Shown here: one piece after another, positions 29,482-39,397 of the stretch
Position numbering within the stretch: the stretch's first letter is position 1
How the letters are laid out: each line of letters opens with the position of its first letter
Assembly: GCA_963719085.1 (NCBI GenBank)
Contig: CAVRAL010000004.1
Coordinates: 1,184,001-1,248,000, forward strand
Direction: 5' to 3'
Source: a candidate division FCPU426 bacterium
GTDB lineage: Bacteria > Oederibacteriota > Muellerivitia > Muellerivitales > Muellerivitaceae
Length of the DNA stretch: 64,000 nucleotides
Translations under genes and position numbers: made by a program
Notes under the pieces: model-generated
Databases searched by the model: none
Told to the model about the DNA's origin: nothing
Seen by the model: the letters and a program-made list of their open reading frames with translations, nothing else

Positions 29482-29943
29482 TTGCCCCTTTACTTCGCCT
29501 ATGGAACCAGCCTGCACCGGGCTCAAATGGAGCGGCGCATGATGGGCAACAAACCCGTGACCCGGGGCTACCTGCGGGGTTTTCGGCTGGCCTTCATGGG
29601 CCACTCGGTGGAACGCAAGGGCGCGGTGGTGAACTGCCTGCCCGATCCGGACCGGTTCATCCCCGGAACGCTTTATGATTTAAATGAGGTCATGATCGCG
29701 TATTTGGACCGATGCGAGGCCTGTGAAAAAGGAACCTACCAAAAACTCGACGTGATCATTGAAAAAGACGACGGCGAGAAGGTGGCGGCGGTTTGCTACC
29801 AGTTGGCCATGCCCGACCCGCCCTTTGGGAAACCCAATCTGGGCTATCAAATGCAGGTCAAGCAAGGCTATAAGGAATGGGGATTGCCCGAGGAAGTTTT
29901 GGAAGAAGCCTTGAGGTGGAGCGAAGAAAAAATTTCTTCCTGA
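29482..29943 (+). CDS. Gamma-glutamylcyclotransferase family protein
   Basis: LYFAYGTSL, GFRLAF and LDRCE motifs. Confidence 0.85.
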   Translation: MPLYFAYGTSLHRAQMERRMMGNKPVTRGYLRGFRLAFMGHSVERKGAVVNCLPDPDRFIPGTLYDLNEVMIAYLDRCEACEKGTYQKLDVIIEKDDGEKVAAVCYQLAMPDPPFGKPNLGYQMQVKQGYKEWGLPEEVLEEALRWSEEKISS

Positions 29944-29973
29944 AAAGTACCCAGTTTGAGTAAAAATAAAAAA

Positions 29974-29994
29974 ACCGTCCAACTATTGGTCGGT
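29974..29994. promoter_or_regulatory. Candidate enhancer (UAS) for a sigma54 activator
   Basis: ACCGTCCAA-CTA-TTGGTCGGT dyad with core CGTCCA-N5-TGGTCG, like the site at 36596. Confidence 0.5.
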
Positions 29995-30043
29995 CCCGCT
30001 GACGCCCTCCGCTTTAAATCCGTTTAAACCCGCCAAAAAAGTT

Positions 30044-30059
30044 TGGTACGGCCTTTGCT
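30044..30059 (+). promoter_or_regulatory. Sigma54 (-24/-12) promoter
   Basis: TGGTAC-GGCCT-TTGCT, exact GG-N10-GC spacing, ~37 nt before ATG 30096. Confidence 0.75.
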
Positions 30060-30095
30060 TTTAGCTTCCGTGGATTTCATCCCACGGAGGAAAAA

Positions 30096-30416
30096 ATGCC
30101 CGTTAAAAATGTCGAAGCTTATCAGGAGCTCGAAAACCAACTTTCGCGCTTGCGGACCCATTACGATTATTTTGAGGGATCGGAGGCCAAGGAAGTGTTG
30201 GAGTGGGCCCGGTTTTTCCAGAAGTGGAGCAAGCAGGCCTCGAACCAGGGTTTTTCCTGGGCGCGCCTCCATTTTCAACAGGCCAATTTTTTAGTCTCGG
30301 AGTTTTCCGGACGAAAAACCACGATTCGCGCTTACGAGACTTTGCGCCGGTTGATGGACGAGGCGGCGGAAGACCTGCGGGGGGAAAGCGCCCAATTTGA
30401 GGAAAAGAGCCGGTAA
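30096..30416 (+). CDS. Unknown small helical protein, paralog 1
   Basis: GGAGG Shine-Dalgarno; ungapped alignment to the 47712..48044 product (43 identities over 106 aa by hand count). Confidence 0.85.
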   Translation: MPVKNVEAYQELENQLSRLRTHYDYFEGSEAKEVLEWARFFQKWSKQASNQGFSWARLHFQQANFLVSEFSGRKTTIRAYETLRRLMDEAAEDLRGESAQFEEKSR

Positions 30417-30486
30417 TTAAAGGGGAATTGCCCGCCTTGGATCGCTTGTTTAGCGGTTGGAATGAGTGTGTTAAAATCGCCCGGTT

Positions 30487-33400
30487 ATGGACCATTTTAA
30501 CGAAAAACTCCTGGACCAAATTCCGGAAGGTTTAGCGGCTTTCGATTTAGAAGGCCGGTTTATCTTTTGGAATAAAACCCTTCAAGCCTTGACCGGACTT
30601 GCCCCGTCGAGCGTTTTAGGCAAAAAGTTTTTTGAGCTTTTCCCCGACTTTAAAGTCAAAAACCAGGATTTCCACCTCCGGGAAGCCTTCGCCGGACGCT
30701 CGGCCCTGGCCCATCATTTTCCCTTCGGCGATATTCAGGATCCCCAACTTTTCTTCGAGACATTTTACGGCCCCTTAAAAAACGAGGCCGGTCAGGTGAC
30801 CGGCGCGGTGGCGCTGGCGCGCGACCTGTCAGAGCGCATGAAAGAACTGCGCCTTTTGGAAGACCGGGAAAAGAGGCTTCGGCAATTTTTTGAGATCGCC
30901 GAGGAAGCCATCATGGTCCACGAACAGGGCGTGATCCGGGACGTGAACCCGGCCTTGGCGCGTATGCTGGGTTATGGGCCCGAGGAGATGATCGGCCGTC
31001 CCGTTTCCGATTTTTCCGATCCCGTCTCAGCCAAAAAGACCCAAACCTATCTGGCGGTGGGCTACCCGGAGGGCACTTATGAGTACTTGGCCAAACGCAA
31101 GGACGGAACCACCTTTCCCATGGAGGTCCGGGGCCGGGATTTTGAGATCGGGGGAAAAACCTTGCGGGTTTCCACGGGATGGGACATTACTTACCGTAAA
31201 AAAATAGAGCGGGCGATCCAAGAAAGCGAGGAGCGCTTCAAACGATTCGCGGAGATCACCCGGGAAGGCATCCTGTTCCACAAAGACGGGAAAATCCTGG
31301 ACGCTAACCAAACTTTGCTCGACTTGACCGGTCGAACGGCGTCCGAAGTGGTCGACAAGAACAATTTAGACTTCATGACCGAGGAATCGATCGAGAAAGT
31401 CCGCCGGTTCCGAGGCGAAGGTTATCCGATACACCCTTACGAGGTGACCCTGCGCCACAAAGACGGGACCTTGATTCCCGCGGAAGCCTTGGGCCGTTAT
31501 TTCACGCTCGACGGGGAACAAGCCCGGGTGGTCAGCGTTTGGGACATCCGGGACCGTAAAAAAGCCGAGGACGCCTTGCGCCAGTCCGAGGAAAAGTTCC
31601 GCAGCCTCATCGAGAATTCACTCGACATGCATTCGCTGATTGACGCCGGTGGCCGGGTGATTTACGACAGCCCCTCGGTCCAAAAGGTCATGGGGTTTCC
31701 GCCGGAAGAAAGGCTGGGCCGCGATTATTTGAGGCATGTGCATCCGGAGGACAAGCCGCGAATCGCGGAATTGATCGGGGAGACGTTGAAAGCGCCCGGA
31801 ATGACCGTGGCCGCCGAGTTCCGGGCCCTGCGCGCGGACGGCCAGTGGCATTTGATGGAAGGCTCGGCCACCAACCTGCTCGATCATCCGTCGGTGAAAG
31901 GCATTGTGGCCAACTTCCGCGACATCACGGAGCGAAAGGCCGCCGAGGAGGCCCTGCGCAAGTCGGAGGCCAAGTTCCGCAGCTTGATCGAGAATTCCTA
32001 TGACCTCATCACGGTCCTGGACCGGGAGGGCAAACGAATCTACGAGAGCCCTTCGCTCGAGCGGATATTGGGCTATAAACCCGGGGAGCGCCAGGGCTTG
32101 ACCTTCGATACCCAGCCCCCGGAAGACCGTGAAAAAGGACAAGCGATCTTCCGGGAGGCGCTGGCTAATCCCGGAAAACCCATTCAAGCGCAATTGAAAG
32201 CCCTGCGCAAAGACGGCACCACCATCGACGGGGACATGGTTCTCACCAACCTTCTGGATGACCCGGCTGTGGGGGGCGTGGTGGTCAATGGGCGCGACGT
32301 GACCGAGCGAAAACTGGCCGAGGAGGCGCTAAAGCAATCCGAACAAAACTTCAGGACCCTCATTGAGAGGGCGCCGGAGGCTATTTTCGTCCATGAGGGC
32401 TTGAAGATCCTTTACGCCAATCCCCGGCTGGTGGAGCTGTTGGAATACCAAAATCAGGAGCAACTATTGGGAAGCGCGCCTTTGACCCATATCCGTTCCG
32501 AGGACCGGGAAAAAATCCGATCCCGCATTGAGCGGGCCCAATCGGGACTGCAAAATCCCCCATTGGAAATACGGGTTTTATGCCGAGACGGAAGCGAAAA
32601 GATCGTGGAAACGGTCAGCGTGGGGGTTTTGTTCGAGGGCCGGGCGGCCACCATGGTGATGCTCCGGGACCTGACCGAGCAGAAAAAAGCCCAGGAAAAG
32701 ATAAGGCAGCAGGATGATTTTTACCGCGCGCTTTTGGAAAACACCCATGACATGATCACCGTGGTGGGGCCGGACGGCCGCAGTCTTTATTTGGGCCCCG
32801 GCATCCAAAAGGTTTTGGGTTACAGCGTGGAAGAGCGGCTGGGAAAGAACGCCTTTGAGTTCATCCATCCGGACGACCTGGCCTGGGCCCGGGAAGCCTT
32901 CGCGAAATTGGCCCAAACGCCCGCTGAGGAGCTGGTGCCCTTCACCCTGCGCATGCGCCACAAGGATGGAAATTGGCGGCGGGTGGCCGGGGTGGCGCAA
33001 AATCTCCTCGCCCATCCGCTGGTCAAGGGAACGCTGATCAATTACCGCGATGTCACGGAGCAAGAGGCGGCTGAGGAGGCCCGGCGCCAGTCCGAGGAGA
33101 AGTTCCGCAGCCTCATCGAGAATTCCCACGACGTCATCTCGGTCACCGAAAAAGACGGATTGATGAGTTATATCAGCCCCTCGGTCAAGCATGTGCTGGG
33201 TTATGAGCCCGCGGAGCGCATCGGCCAAGGCTACATCCATATCATGCACCCCGAGGACATGGAATATGTCCGGAAGGAATTTTCGAAGCTGCTCCAAACC
33301 CAGGGTGTGGCTTGGACTTTGGAATTTAGGCTGCGCCACAAGGACGGTTCTTGGAGGCAGGTCGAGTCCACCGGCATCAACCTGCTGGAAAACCCCTCGG

Positions 33401-34503
33401 TGCGGGGAATTGTCTATAACCTCCGGGATGTGACCGAGAAAAAGCTGGCCGAGGAAGCCAAGCGCCAATCCGAAGAGCGGTTCCGCCGCTTCGCCGAGGT
33501 CACCCAGGAAGGCATTTTGATCCATGACCAGGGCGTCGCGCTGGACGCCAACCAGGTTTTCGCCGACATGGTGGGATTGCCCCTGTCCAAAATCGTCGGC
33601 CAATCCAGCTTTGAGTTCATGGACGAGGAGTCCCGCCTGCGGATCGAGGGCTATCAGCGCGACGGCTATCCGCCGACTTACGAGGTTCGGGTGAAACGCA
33701 AGGACGGCACGACTTTCCCGGCCGAAGTCCACGGCCGCCACTTCCAATGGGAAGGACGGGACGTGCGGGTGATCAGTTTGTTCGACATCACGGAGCGAAA
33801 AAACACCGAGCAAGTCCTGCTCAAATTAGAGCGGCTTTCCACCATCGGCGAGATGGCCGCCGGCATGGCCCATGAGATCCGAAACCCCCTGGCCGCCATC
33901 TCCATGGCCGCCCAGCTCATGAAACGAAAAAAAGTGGAAGGCGTGGAGACTTTCCTTCAAACCATCCTGGAACAAAGCGCGCGGCTCGAGCAGTAGGTCA
34001 AGGACACCTTGGATTACGCCCGAATTGAGAAGGGGACCGCCGTTCCCAGCCTTTCGCTTAAAACCGCGCTGGAAAGCGCCCTGAGGCTCAGCCAAATCCA
34101 GATCGGCCCCAGCCAGGAAAAGGTCCGGGTGGAATGGGAAGCGGTGCCGGGCGGTTACCTGGCCCGGGCCCAGTCCCAGCGCGTCCAGCAGATTTTCATC
34201 AACTTAATTTTAAACGCGTACCAGGCCATGCCCGAAGGCGGGCGGTTGACGCTGGGTCTCGCCGAGGAGGGCGAAAAGGTTTTGGTCCGGATCGCCGACA
34301 CCGGGCCCGGTTTGCCGAAAAAAGATTTGCAGAGGCTCTTTGAGCCGTTCTTCACCACCAAAGGAACGGGTTCGGGGTTGGGATTGGCCGTCAGCCAGCG
34401 TATCGCCGCCCAATATGGCGGCCGGATCACCGCCGATCGGTTAAAACCCCATGGAATGGCCTTCACCTTGGAACTACCCCGCGCCGAAGGGAGCCCCGCT
34501 TGA
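30487..34503 (+). pseudogene. Cytoplasmic nine-PAS sensor histidine kinase interrupted by an in-frame TAG at 33994-33996
   Basis: Nine PAS/PAC repeats and H-box AHEIRNPL; the frame continues past the stop (RLEQ*VKDTLDYAR) into N, G1, F and G2 boxes (NLILNAYQA, DTGPG, FEPFFTTK, GSGLGL). Confidence 0.8.
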
Positions 34504-35837
34504 AAATCCTTTTGGTGGATGACGAGAAACCCCTGCGCGATTTGATGGTGCCTTTCCTGAAAGAGTTGGGGCATGAGGTCCAATCGGCGGCTTCTCTGCG
34601 GGAAGGGTTGGAAAAGTTGGTGAAGTTCAAGCCCGACACGGTTCTTTTGGACGTGTACCTGCCCGACGGAACGGGCCTGGATTTTTTAAAACAAACCCAG
34701 CATCACTCCTCCGAGACCAGCGTGGTCATGATTACGGCTACGGTGGACGTGAAGGTGGCCGTGGAAGCGGTCAAGCAGGGAGCGGAGGATTATTTGGCCA
34801 AGCCCCTGAACCTGGAAGAGCTTGAGGCCATCCTGAAGGGAATCGAGGAAAAGCGGGGCCTCAAACGCGAGGTGGCCGCGCTTAAAAGTTTTCAAAAAGA
34901 CCTTTACCAAAAGGACTATCTATTTCTTTCCGACCCCGCCATGCAGAAGGTGTACCAGCAAATCGACCAGGTGGCCGGCCAGTCCCGGGTGACGGTCCTT
35001 ATCCTGGGAGAAACGGGAACGGGCAAGGAACATGTGGCCAAACTGATCCATGTGCTGTCGCCCCGCAACGCCGGTCCCTTCCTGGAACTGCATTGCGGGG
35101 CCATGCCGGAAAACCTTTTGGAGTCCGAGCTTTTCGGATACGAGCCCGGGGCCTTTACGGACGCGCGCAAATCCAAACCGGGGCTTTTTGAGGTGGCCCA
35201 TGGGGGCACGGTTTTCCTGGATGAGGTGGGGGAAATGCCGCTGACCCTCCAGACCAAACTGCTCAAGGTGCTGGAACAAAAGACCCTGCGCCGGCTGGGA
35301 AGCACCCGGGAAATCCGCATTGACGTCAGGATCGTGGCCGCCACCAACCGGGATTTAAAACAAGAGGTCCAGGCGGGCCATTTTCGGGCCGATCTATTTT
35401 ACCGGCTGAATGTGGCGTCGATTTTCCTTCCGCCGCTTCGCGCCCGCCCGGAGGATATCCGGGGGTTGGCCCGGTTTTTTTTCAAGGAACTTTGCGGGTT
35501 GTTCAATAAGCCCTTGAAGCCGCTTTCCAAAAATTGGCTGGACGCCCTGGTGGCCTACGCCTGGCCCGGCAATGTGCGGGAATTAAAGAACGTGGTCGAA
35601 AGGGCGGTTTTATACGCCAAGGGGGCTGAGCTGACCATGAAAGACCTGCCCCCGGAGCTCGTCCAATCCCGCGGCGCCCCGGCCCCGGCCTTTGTTTTGA
35701 GCCAGGACGAGGCGGAAAAAGAAAATATCCGCAAGGTCTTGGCCGCTTTCGAGGGAAACAAAACCCAAGCCGCCAAACAGCTGGGCGTAAGCCGCACCAC
35801 CCTGCTGAGCAAAATTAAAAAGTTTAATTTAGAGTAA
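34500..35837 (+). CDS. NtrC/AtoC-family sigma54-dependent response regulator
   Basis: Receiver domain, GETGTGKE, ESELFGYEPGAFTDA, FLDEVGE and a Fis-type HTH. Confidence 0.96.
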   Translation: MKILLVDDEKPLRDLMVPFLKELGHEVQSAASLREGLEKLVKFKPDTVLLDVYLPDGTGLDFLKQTQHHSSETSVVMITATVDVKVAVEAVKQGAEDYLAKPLNLEELEAILKGIEEKRGLKREVAALKSFQKDLYQKDYLFLSDPAMQKVYQQIDQVAGQSRVTVLILGETGTGKEHVAKLIHVLSPRNAGPFLELHCGAMPENLLESELFGYEPGAFTDARKSKPGLFEVAHGGTVFLDEVGEMPLTLQTKLLKVLEQKTLRRLGSTREIRIDVRIVAATNRDLKQEVQAGHFRADLFYRLNVASIFLPPLRARPEDIRGLARFFFKELCGLFNKPLKPLSKNWLDALVAYAWPGNVRELKNVVERAVLYAKGAELTMKDLPPELVQSRGAPAPAFVLSQDEAEKENIRKVLAAFEGNKTQAAKQLGVSRTTLLSKIKKFNLE

Positions 35838-35843
35838 ACCCAG

Positions 35844-36557
35844 AACCAACAAAAACTGCTCACGCAAAGACGCTAAGACGCAAAAGTAGGCGAGACAAAG
35901 ATTCTCGTTTAAGTCCCTCAAGATTCTGTCCAAAAAATGGTAATGGATCAGTTTGAGTTATCTATGTTCTCGACGAGTACGATTTCAATAGCCTTATAGC
36001 GAGCCAGCTGATCGACCTTGTCCCAGTCACTGGGCATTTTGGATTGCAAGCCAGCAGCGGTTAGCATGGCGTCCTCATCCGCTGTGATGATGGCACACAC
36101 TTCGTATTTTTCCAGAATGGGCCGTACCGTTTCGGCGGTTACCTCAGTCAGTTCCATCAAAGCCTTCAGCTCATAGGAAAATGGGATAGCGTGGTCGTAG
36201 ATGATTTCCCGCCGGCCCCACTTGAGGCCCACGGCGGCTTGGCTACGATACTTAGCGGATTTAGCCTTTGAACCTAATCGGGACGTCCAGACAAAGTAAA
36301 TCGCTTCGCGTAGTGTTTTGGCGTATCCCGCTGCTGGCATACCCATTAATTTAACGCGCTGGCAATATTGAACGGCTTCTACAATCAGTTGCAAGCGTTG
36401 TGTGTCATCCACGCAAGAACTCCCTCTGAAATCTAAAATCTTAGTGATTCTACTCGGCTGTTGCCCATTTAGAAACCTAACTATATTTCCCCAATAATTT
36501 ATTGTTTCTTCTTAACTTGGCGTCTTAGCGTCTTTGCGTGAGCTGTTTTTGTTGGTT
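35844..36557. mobile_element. Family A inverted-repeat element loaded with a cargo gene
   Basis: 38-bp inverted repeats (35844-35881 / 36520-36557, 1 mismatch) enclose one lower-GC ORF; arms nearly identical to the empty copy at 7558-7691. Mobility is inferred. Confidence 0.65.
35948..36412 (-). CDS. Hypothetical protein, possible HNH/His-Me finger-like nuclease
   Basis: YDHAIP...CAIITADEDAML..MP..RY pattern; atypical codon usage. Confidence 0.6.
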   Translation of the reverse strand: MDDTQRLQLIVEAVQYCQRVKLMGMPAAGYAKTLREAIYFVWTSRLGSKAKSAKYRSQAAVGLKWGRREIIYDHAIPFSYELKALMELTEVTAETVRPILEKYEVCAIITADEDAMLTAAGLQSKMPSDWDKVDQLARYKAIEIVLVENIDNSN

Positions 36558-36595
36558 AATGGTTTTTAGATTTTTCCCCCGAATGAGTACACGCG

Positions 36596-36618
36596 AATCG
36601 TCCAGAATCTGGACGATT
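36596..36618. promoter_or_regulatory. Candidate enhancer (UAS) for a sigma54 activator
   Basis: Perfect dyad AATCGTCCAGA-A-TCTGGACGATT centred ~90 bp upstream of the -24 GG. Confidence 0.6.
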
Positions 36619-36696
36619 ACCCAAAATGAGAAAGCTTCCCACCGCTGATTTCCCGCCGAAACGCTTTGCCCGTCACGAAAAACAGAAAACCAAAGT

Positions 36697-36711
36697 TGGC
36701 ACATGCTTTGC
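36697..36711 (+). promoter_or_regulatory. Sigma54 (-24/-12) promoter of the chemosensory operon
   Basis: TGGCAC-ATGCT-TTGC, consensus match. Confidence 0.85.
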
Positions 36712-36758
36712 CTTAAGAGGAATGCGTCGAGCCCATTTCTCAAAGACGAGGTGAAACT

Positions 36759-37247
36759 ATGCCGTCCTATGTTCCCGCTCCTTTGGAGCCCCAGGAATTC
36801 CCCAAGTCCGAGCTCCGGGCGGTCCTGGAATCCATGCGGTTGGTGATGAACTCCTGGGCCTATCTGGCGCCCTTTGACATCGGGTTTCCCGCCGAAGGCC
36901 CCACTTTTTTGAATTTGGAAAAATCGGTTCATTTTACCGGCCGGGCCCGGGGAATCCTCAATGTGCGCACCACGCCCGAACTGGGCGCGCTTTTGGCCGA
37001 GTACACCCAAGGGGAACCCGGAACACCCGAAGCGGCCGATGACGCTTTCCGGGAGTTCGTGAATATTTACTGCGGCCATCTGATGACTTTTCTTTGGGGC
37101 CAGGAAAACGCCGCCTTTGATCCCTACCTGCCCGTGGATTCCACGCCCGCCCAATGGCCCTCGGCTTCCCCTTCGGCGGCTTGCTGTTTTTTAGTGGGGG
37201 ACGCGCCGGTCGAGGTGAGGCTCTGGGTCGAACGGGAGGTCTTTTGA
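36759..37247 (+). CDS. cheX: CheX-like chemotaxis phosphatase
   Basis: VHFTG..G..DDAFREFVNIYCGHL with the E-x-x-N motif; stop overlaps the cheA start. Confidence 0.7.
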   Translation: MPSYVPAPLEPQEFPKSELRAVLESMRLVMNSWAYLAPFDIGFPAEGPTFLNLEKSVHFTGRARGILNVRTTPELGALLAEYTQGEPGTPEAADDAFREFVNIYCGHLMTFLWGQENAAFDPYLPVDSTPAQWPSASPSAACCFLVGDAPVEVRLWVEREVF

Positions 37248-39235
37248 TGGCCTCGGCCCCTGAAAAGCAATTGAACGGTTTGGCGCTGGAGCTGTCCCTT
37301 TTGGGGGCGCGGCTGCTCGCGCCCAAACCGCTTTCCACGGTGGAGACCTCGGCGTTGGCCGGGGACTTTTTGGCCTGGAGTGAAAAGGCCGCGGCTTGGG
37401 TGGGCGCTTGGGGGCGGGAAACCTTGGTTTTGGCCCGCAAGATCGTGGCGGGATTGAGCGCGGGACGCCCGGCGGAAAAGGCCCGGGAGCGTTTATCCGC
37501 GGCCTTGAGCGAGGCTTCGGAAAAGCTGGAAATGGAATCGATCCTGCCCCAAGGCGGCGAAGGCGTAAGCCAAACCCCTTCGGCGGCCTCAGGCCCGGCG
37601 GAGGATGGTTTTTTCAATATCCCTTCGGACGATCTGGCCGGATTCAAAGATTTTGTCGGTGAGGCGCCCGAGCATGTGCAGGTCATTGAAACCGGATTAT
37701 TGGCCCTTTCCCAAACCGGCGTGACCGACATCCTGCCGGTCTATCGGGGTTTTCACACCCTCAAGGGCATTTCGGCCTTTATGGGACTTTCCCAATTGTC
37801 GGCCTTGGCCCACCAGGCGGAGGCGATCCTGGAGCCTTTCAAAAACAGCGGGGGCCGTCCCACCGAAGACCAAGTGGATTGGCTGCTGCAGGCCTGCGAC
37901 CTCATCCGCGAGCAGGTGCAAGCCGTGGTCCAGGGATTGCCCGCGGGCCGGTTCCGGATTGTTTTTCACGACCAGGCCCCTCTGGCGCAAAGCCGCGCGG
38001 CCGCCGCCGCGCCGGCGGGACTCAAGGCCGTTGAAAACGCCGATCCGGCCGCCGCTTCGTCCTCCGCCGATCTTTCCATGCGCGTCCAAGTGGAAAAGAT
38101 CGACGCGCTTTTAGAAATCGTCGGCGAACTGGCCATTTGCCAGGCCCAGGTTTCCGCGGGGGTCGAGGCCGTCGGTGTGTCCAGCCACCTGGCTTCCGAG
38201 TCCTCAAGGCTTGGCAAAATTTGCCGCCAGCTCCAGCAGCTGGTCCTTTCCATCCGCATGGTGCCGGTCCAGCCCTTGTTTCTTCGCATGTCCCGGCTGG
38301 CCCGGGACCTTTCGCGAAAAACCGGCAAGCCCCTAAGGCTGGCATTGGAAGGCGGCGAGACCGAGATCGACCGCCGGCTGGTGGAATCCCTGGCCGAGCC
38401 CTTGGTGCACCTCATCCGCAACGCCGTGGACCACGGCTTGGAAAAAACGGAGGAGCGTCTGAAAGCCGGCAAGCCGCAAGAGGCGGTTTTGACCCTCTCG
38501 GCCCGGCACCAAAGCGGTGATTTCATCCTGGAACTTTCCGACGACGGCCGGGGACTGAATTACGAAAAGCTGGCCTTCAAAGCGCGCCAGGCCGGATGGC
38601 TGGCCGAAGGCGAGGCCCCCACGCGGGAGAAATTGACCGAGTTTATTTTCCGCCCCGGTTTTTCCACCGCGGAGACCGTGACCGAGGTCTCGGGGCGCGG
38701 CGTGGGACTGGACGCGGTGCGGCGGAAGATTCAGTCGCTCAAGGGGTCTTTGGCGGTCGAGAGCGAGCCGGGCCAAGGCACGAAATTTCGCCTGCGCATT
38801 CCCCGGACGCTTTTGCTCATGGAGGGAATCTTGGTGCGGATGGGCTCGGAGCGCTACGTGTTGCCCGCCTCCCAAGTGATGGGATTTCTGGCGCTGGACG
38901 GGACCCAAACCCACGCGGTGGGCGAGGGACGCTCCTGGCTGGACACGGACCAAGGGCAATTGCTCTTGATCGATTTGGAAGAGGATTTTGGAAGCCGGGT
39001 CGACGGCAAGACCCGGTCCCTGGCCGTGCAGGTCGAGGTGGACGGGCGCCGGGCCTGCCTGGTGGTGGATGAGGTGCTGGGCAAGCAGCAGGTGGTTCTG
39101 AAGGAACTGGGCGAAAGCCTGCATGACCTGAAGGGCGTCCTGGGCGGGGCCATCTTGGGGGAAGGAAGAGTCGGGCTCATCCTGGATATGGAATGGCTGG
39201 TTCGGATGATGAGCGGGGCGTCGTCGAGAAATTAG
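37247..39235 (+). CDS. cheA: Chemotaxis histidine kinase
   Basis: HPt YRGFHTLKG, HLIRNAVDHG, DDGRG, SGRGVGLD and a C-terminal CheW-like domain. Confidence 0.96.
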   Translation: MASAPEKQLNGLALELSLLGARLLAPKPLSTVETSALAGDFLAWSEKAAAWVGAWGRETLVLARKIVAGLSAGRPAEKARERLSAALSEASEKLEMESILPQGGEGVSQTPSAASGPAEDGFFNIPSDDLAGFKDFVGEAPEHVQVIETGLLALSQTGVTDILPVYRGFHTLKGISAFMGLSQLSALAHQAEAILEPFKNSGGRPTEDQVDWLLQACDLIREQVQAVVQGLPAGRFRIVFHDQAPLAQSRAAAAAPAGLKAVENADPAAASSSADLSMRVQVEKIDALLEIVGELAICQAQVSAGVEAVGVSSHLASESSRLGKICRQLQQLVLSIRMVPVQPLFLRMSRLARDLSRKTGKPLRLALEGGETEIDRRLVESLAEPLVHLIRNAVDHGLEKTEERLKAGKPQEAVLTLSARHQSGDFILELSDDGRGLNYEKLAFKARQAGWLAEGEAPTREKLTEFIFRPGFSTAETVTEVSGRGVGLDAVRRKIQSLKGSLAVESEPGQGTKFRLRIPRTLLLMEGILVRMGSERYVLPASQVMGFLALDGTQTHAVGEGRSWLDTDQGQLLLIDLEEDFGSRVDGKTRSLAVQVEVDGRRACLVVDEVLGKQQVVLKELGESLHDLKGVLGGAILGEGRVGLILDMEWLVRMMSGASSRN

Positions 39236-39255
39236 CCGAAAGCGGGGATGTGCGT

Positions 39256-39359
39256 TTGAGAAGCCAAGTCCGCTAAGAACGCGTTGGAGTCCGGAAAAAC
39301 ACCCAGCCTCACCTTGGGGTTCAACGCTTTTGGTGTTCTTGGCGGATTTGGAGTCTCAA
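39256..39359. repeat. Long imperfect intergenic hairpin between cheA and the TonB-dependent receptor
   Basis: TTGAGAAGCCAAGTCCGCTAAGAAC pairs with GTTCTTGGCGGATTTGGAGTCTCAA; inner GCGTTGGA/TTCAACGC. Confidence 0.65.
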
Positions 39360-39397
39360 GCGGTCAAAAAAAGTAGTTCAAACTTAAGGAGGCAGTC

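Noticed and set aside
33994..33996. Genome-wide TAG reassignment or pyrrolysine decoding
   Set aside because: Several conserved genes in the window end in TAG at their expected C-termini, and no pyl genes are visible here.
35927..35943. Third copy of the candidate UAS dyad (TGTCCA-N5-TGGTAA)
   Set aside because: It is a partial match inside the cargo element with no nearby sigma54 promoter, so it could be chance.
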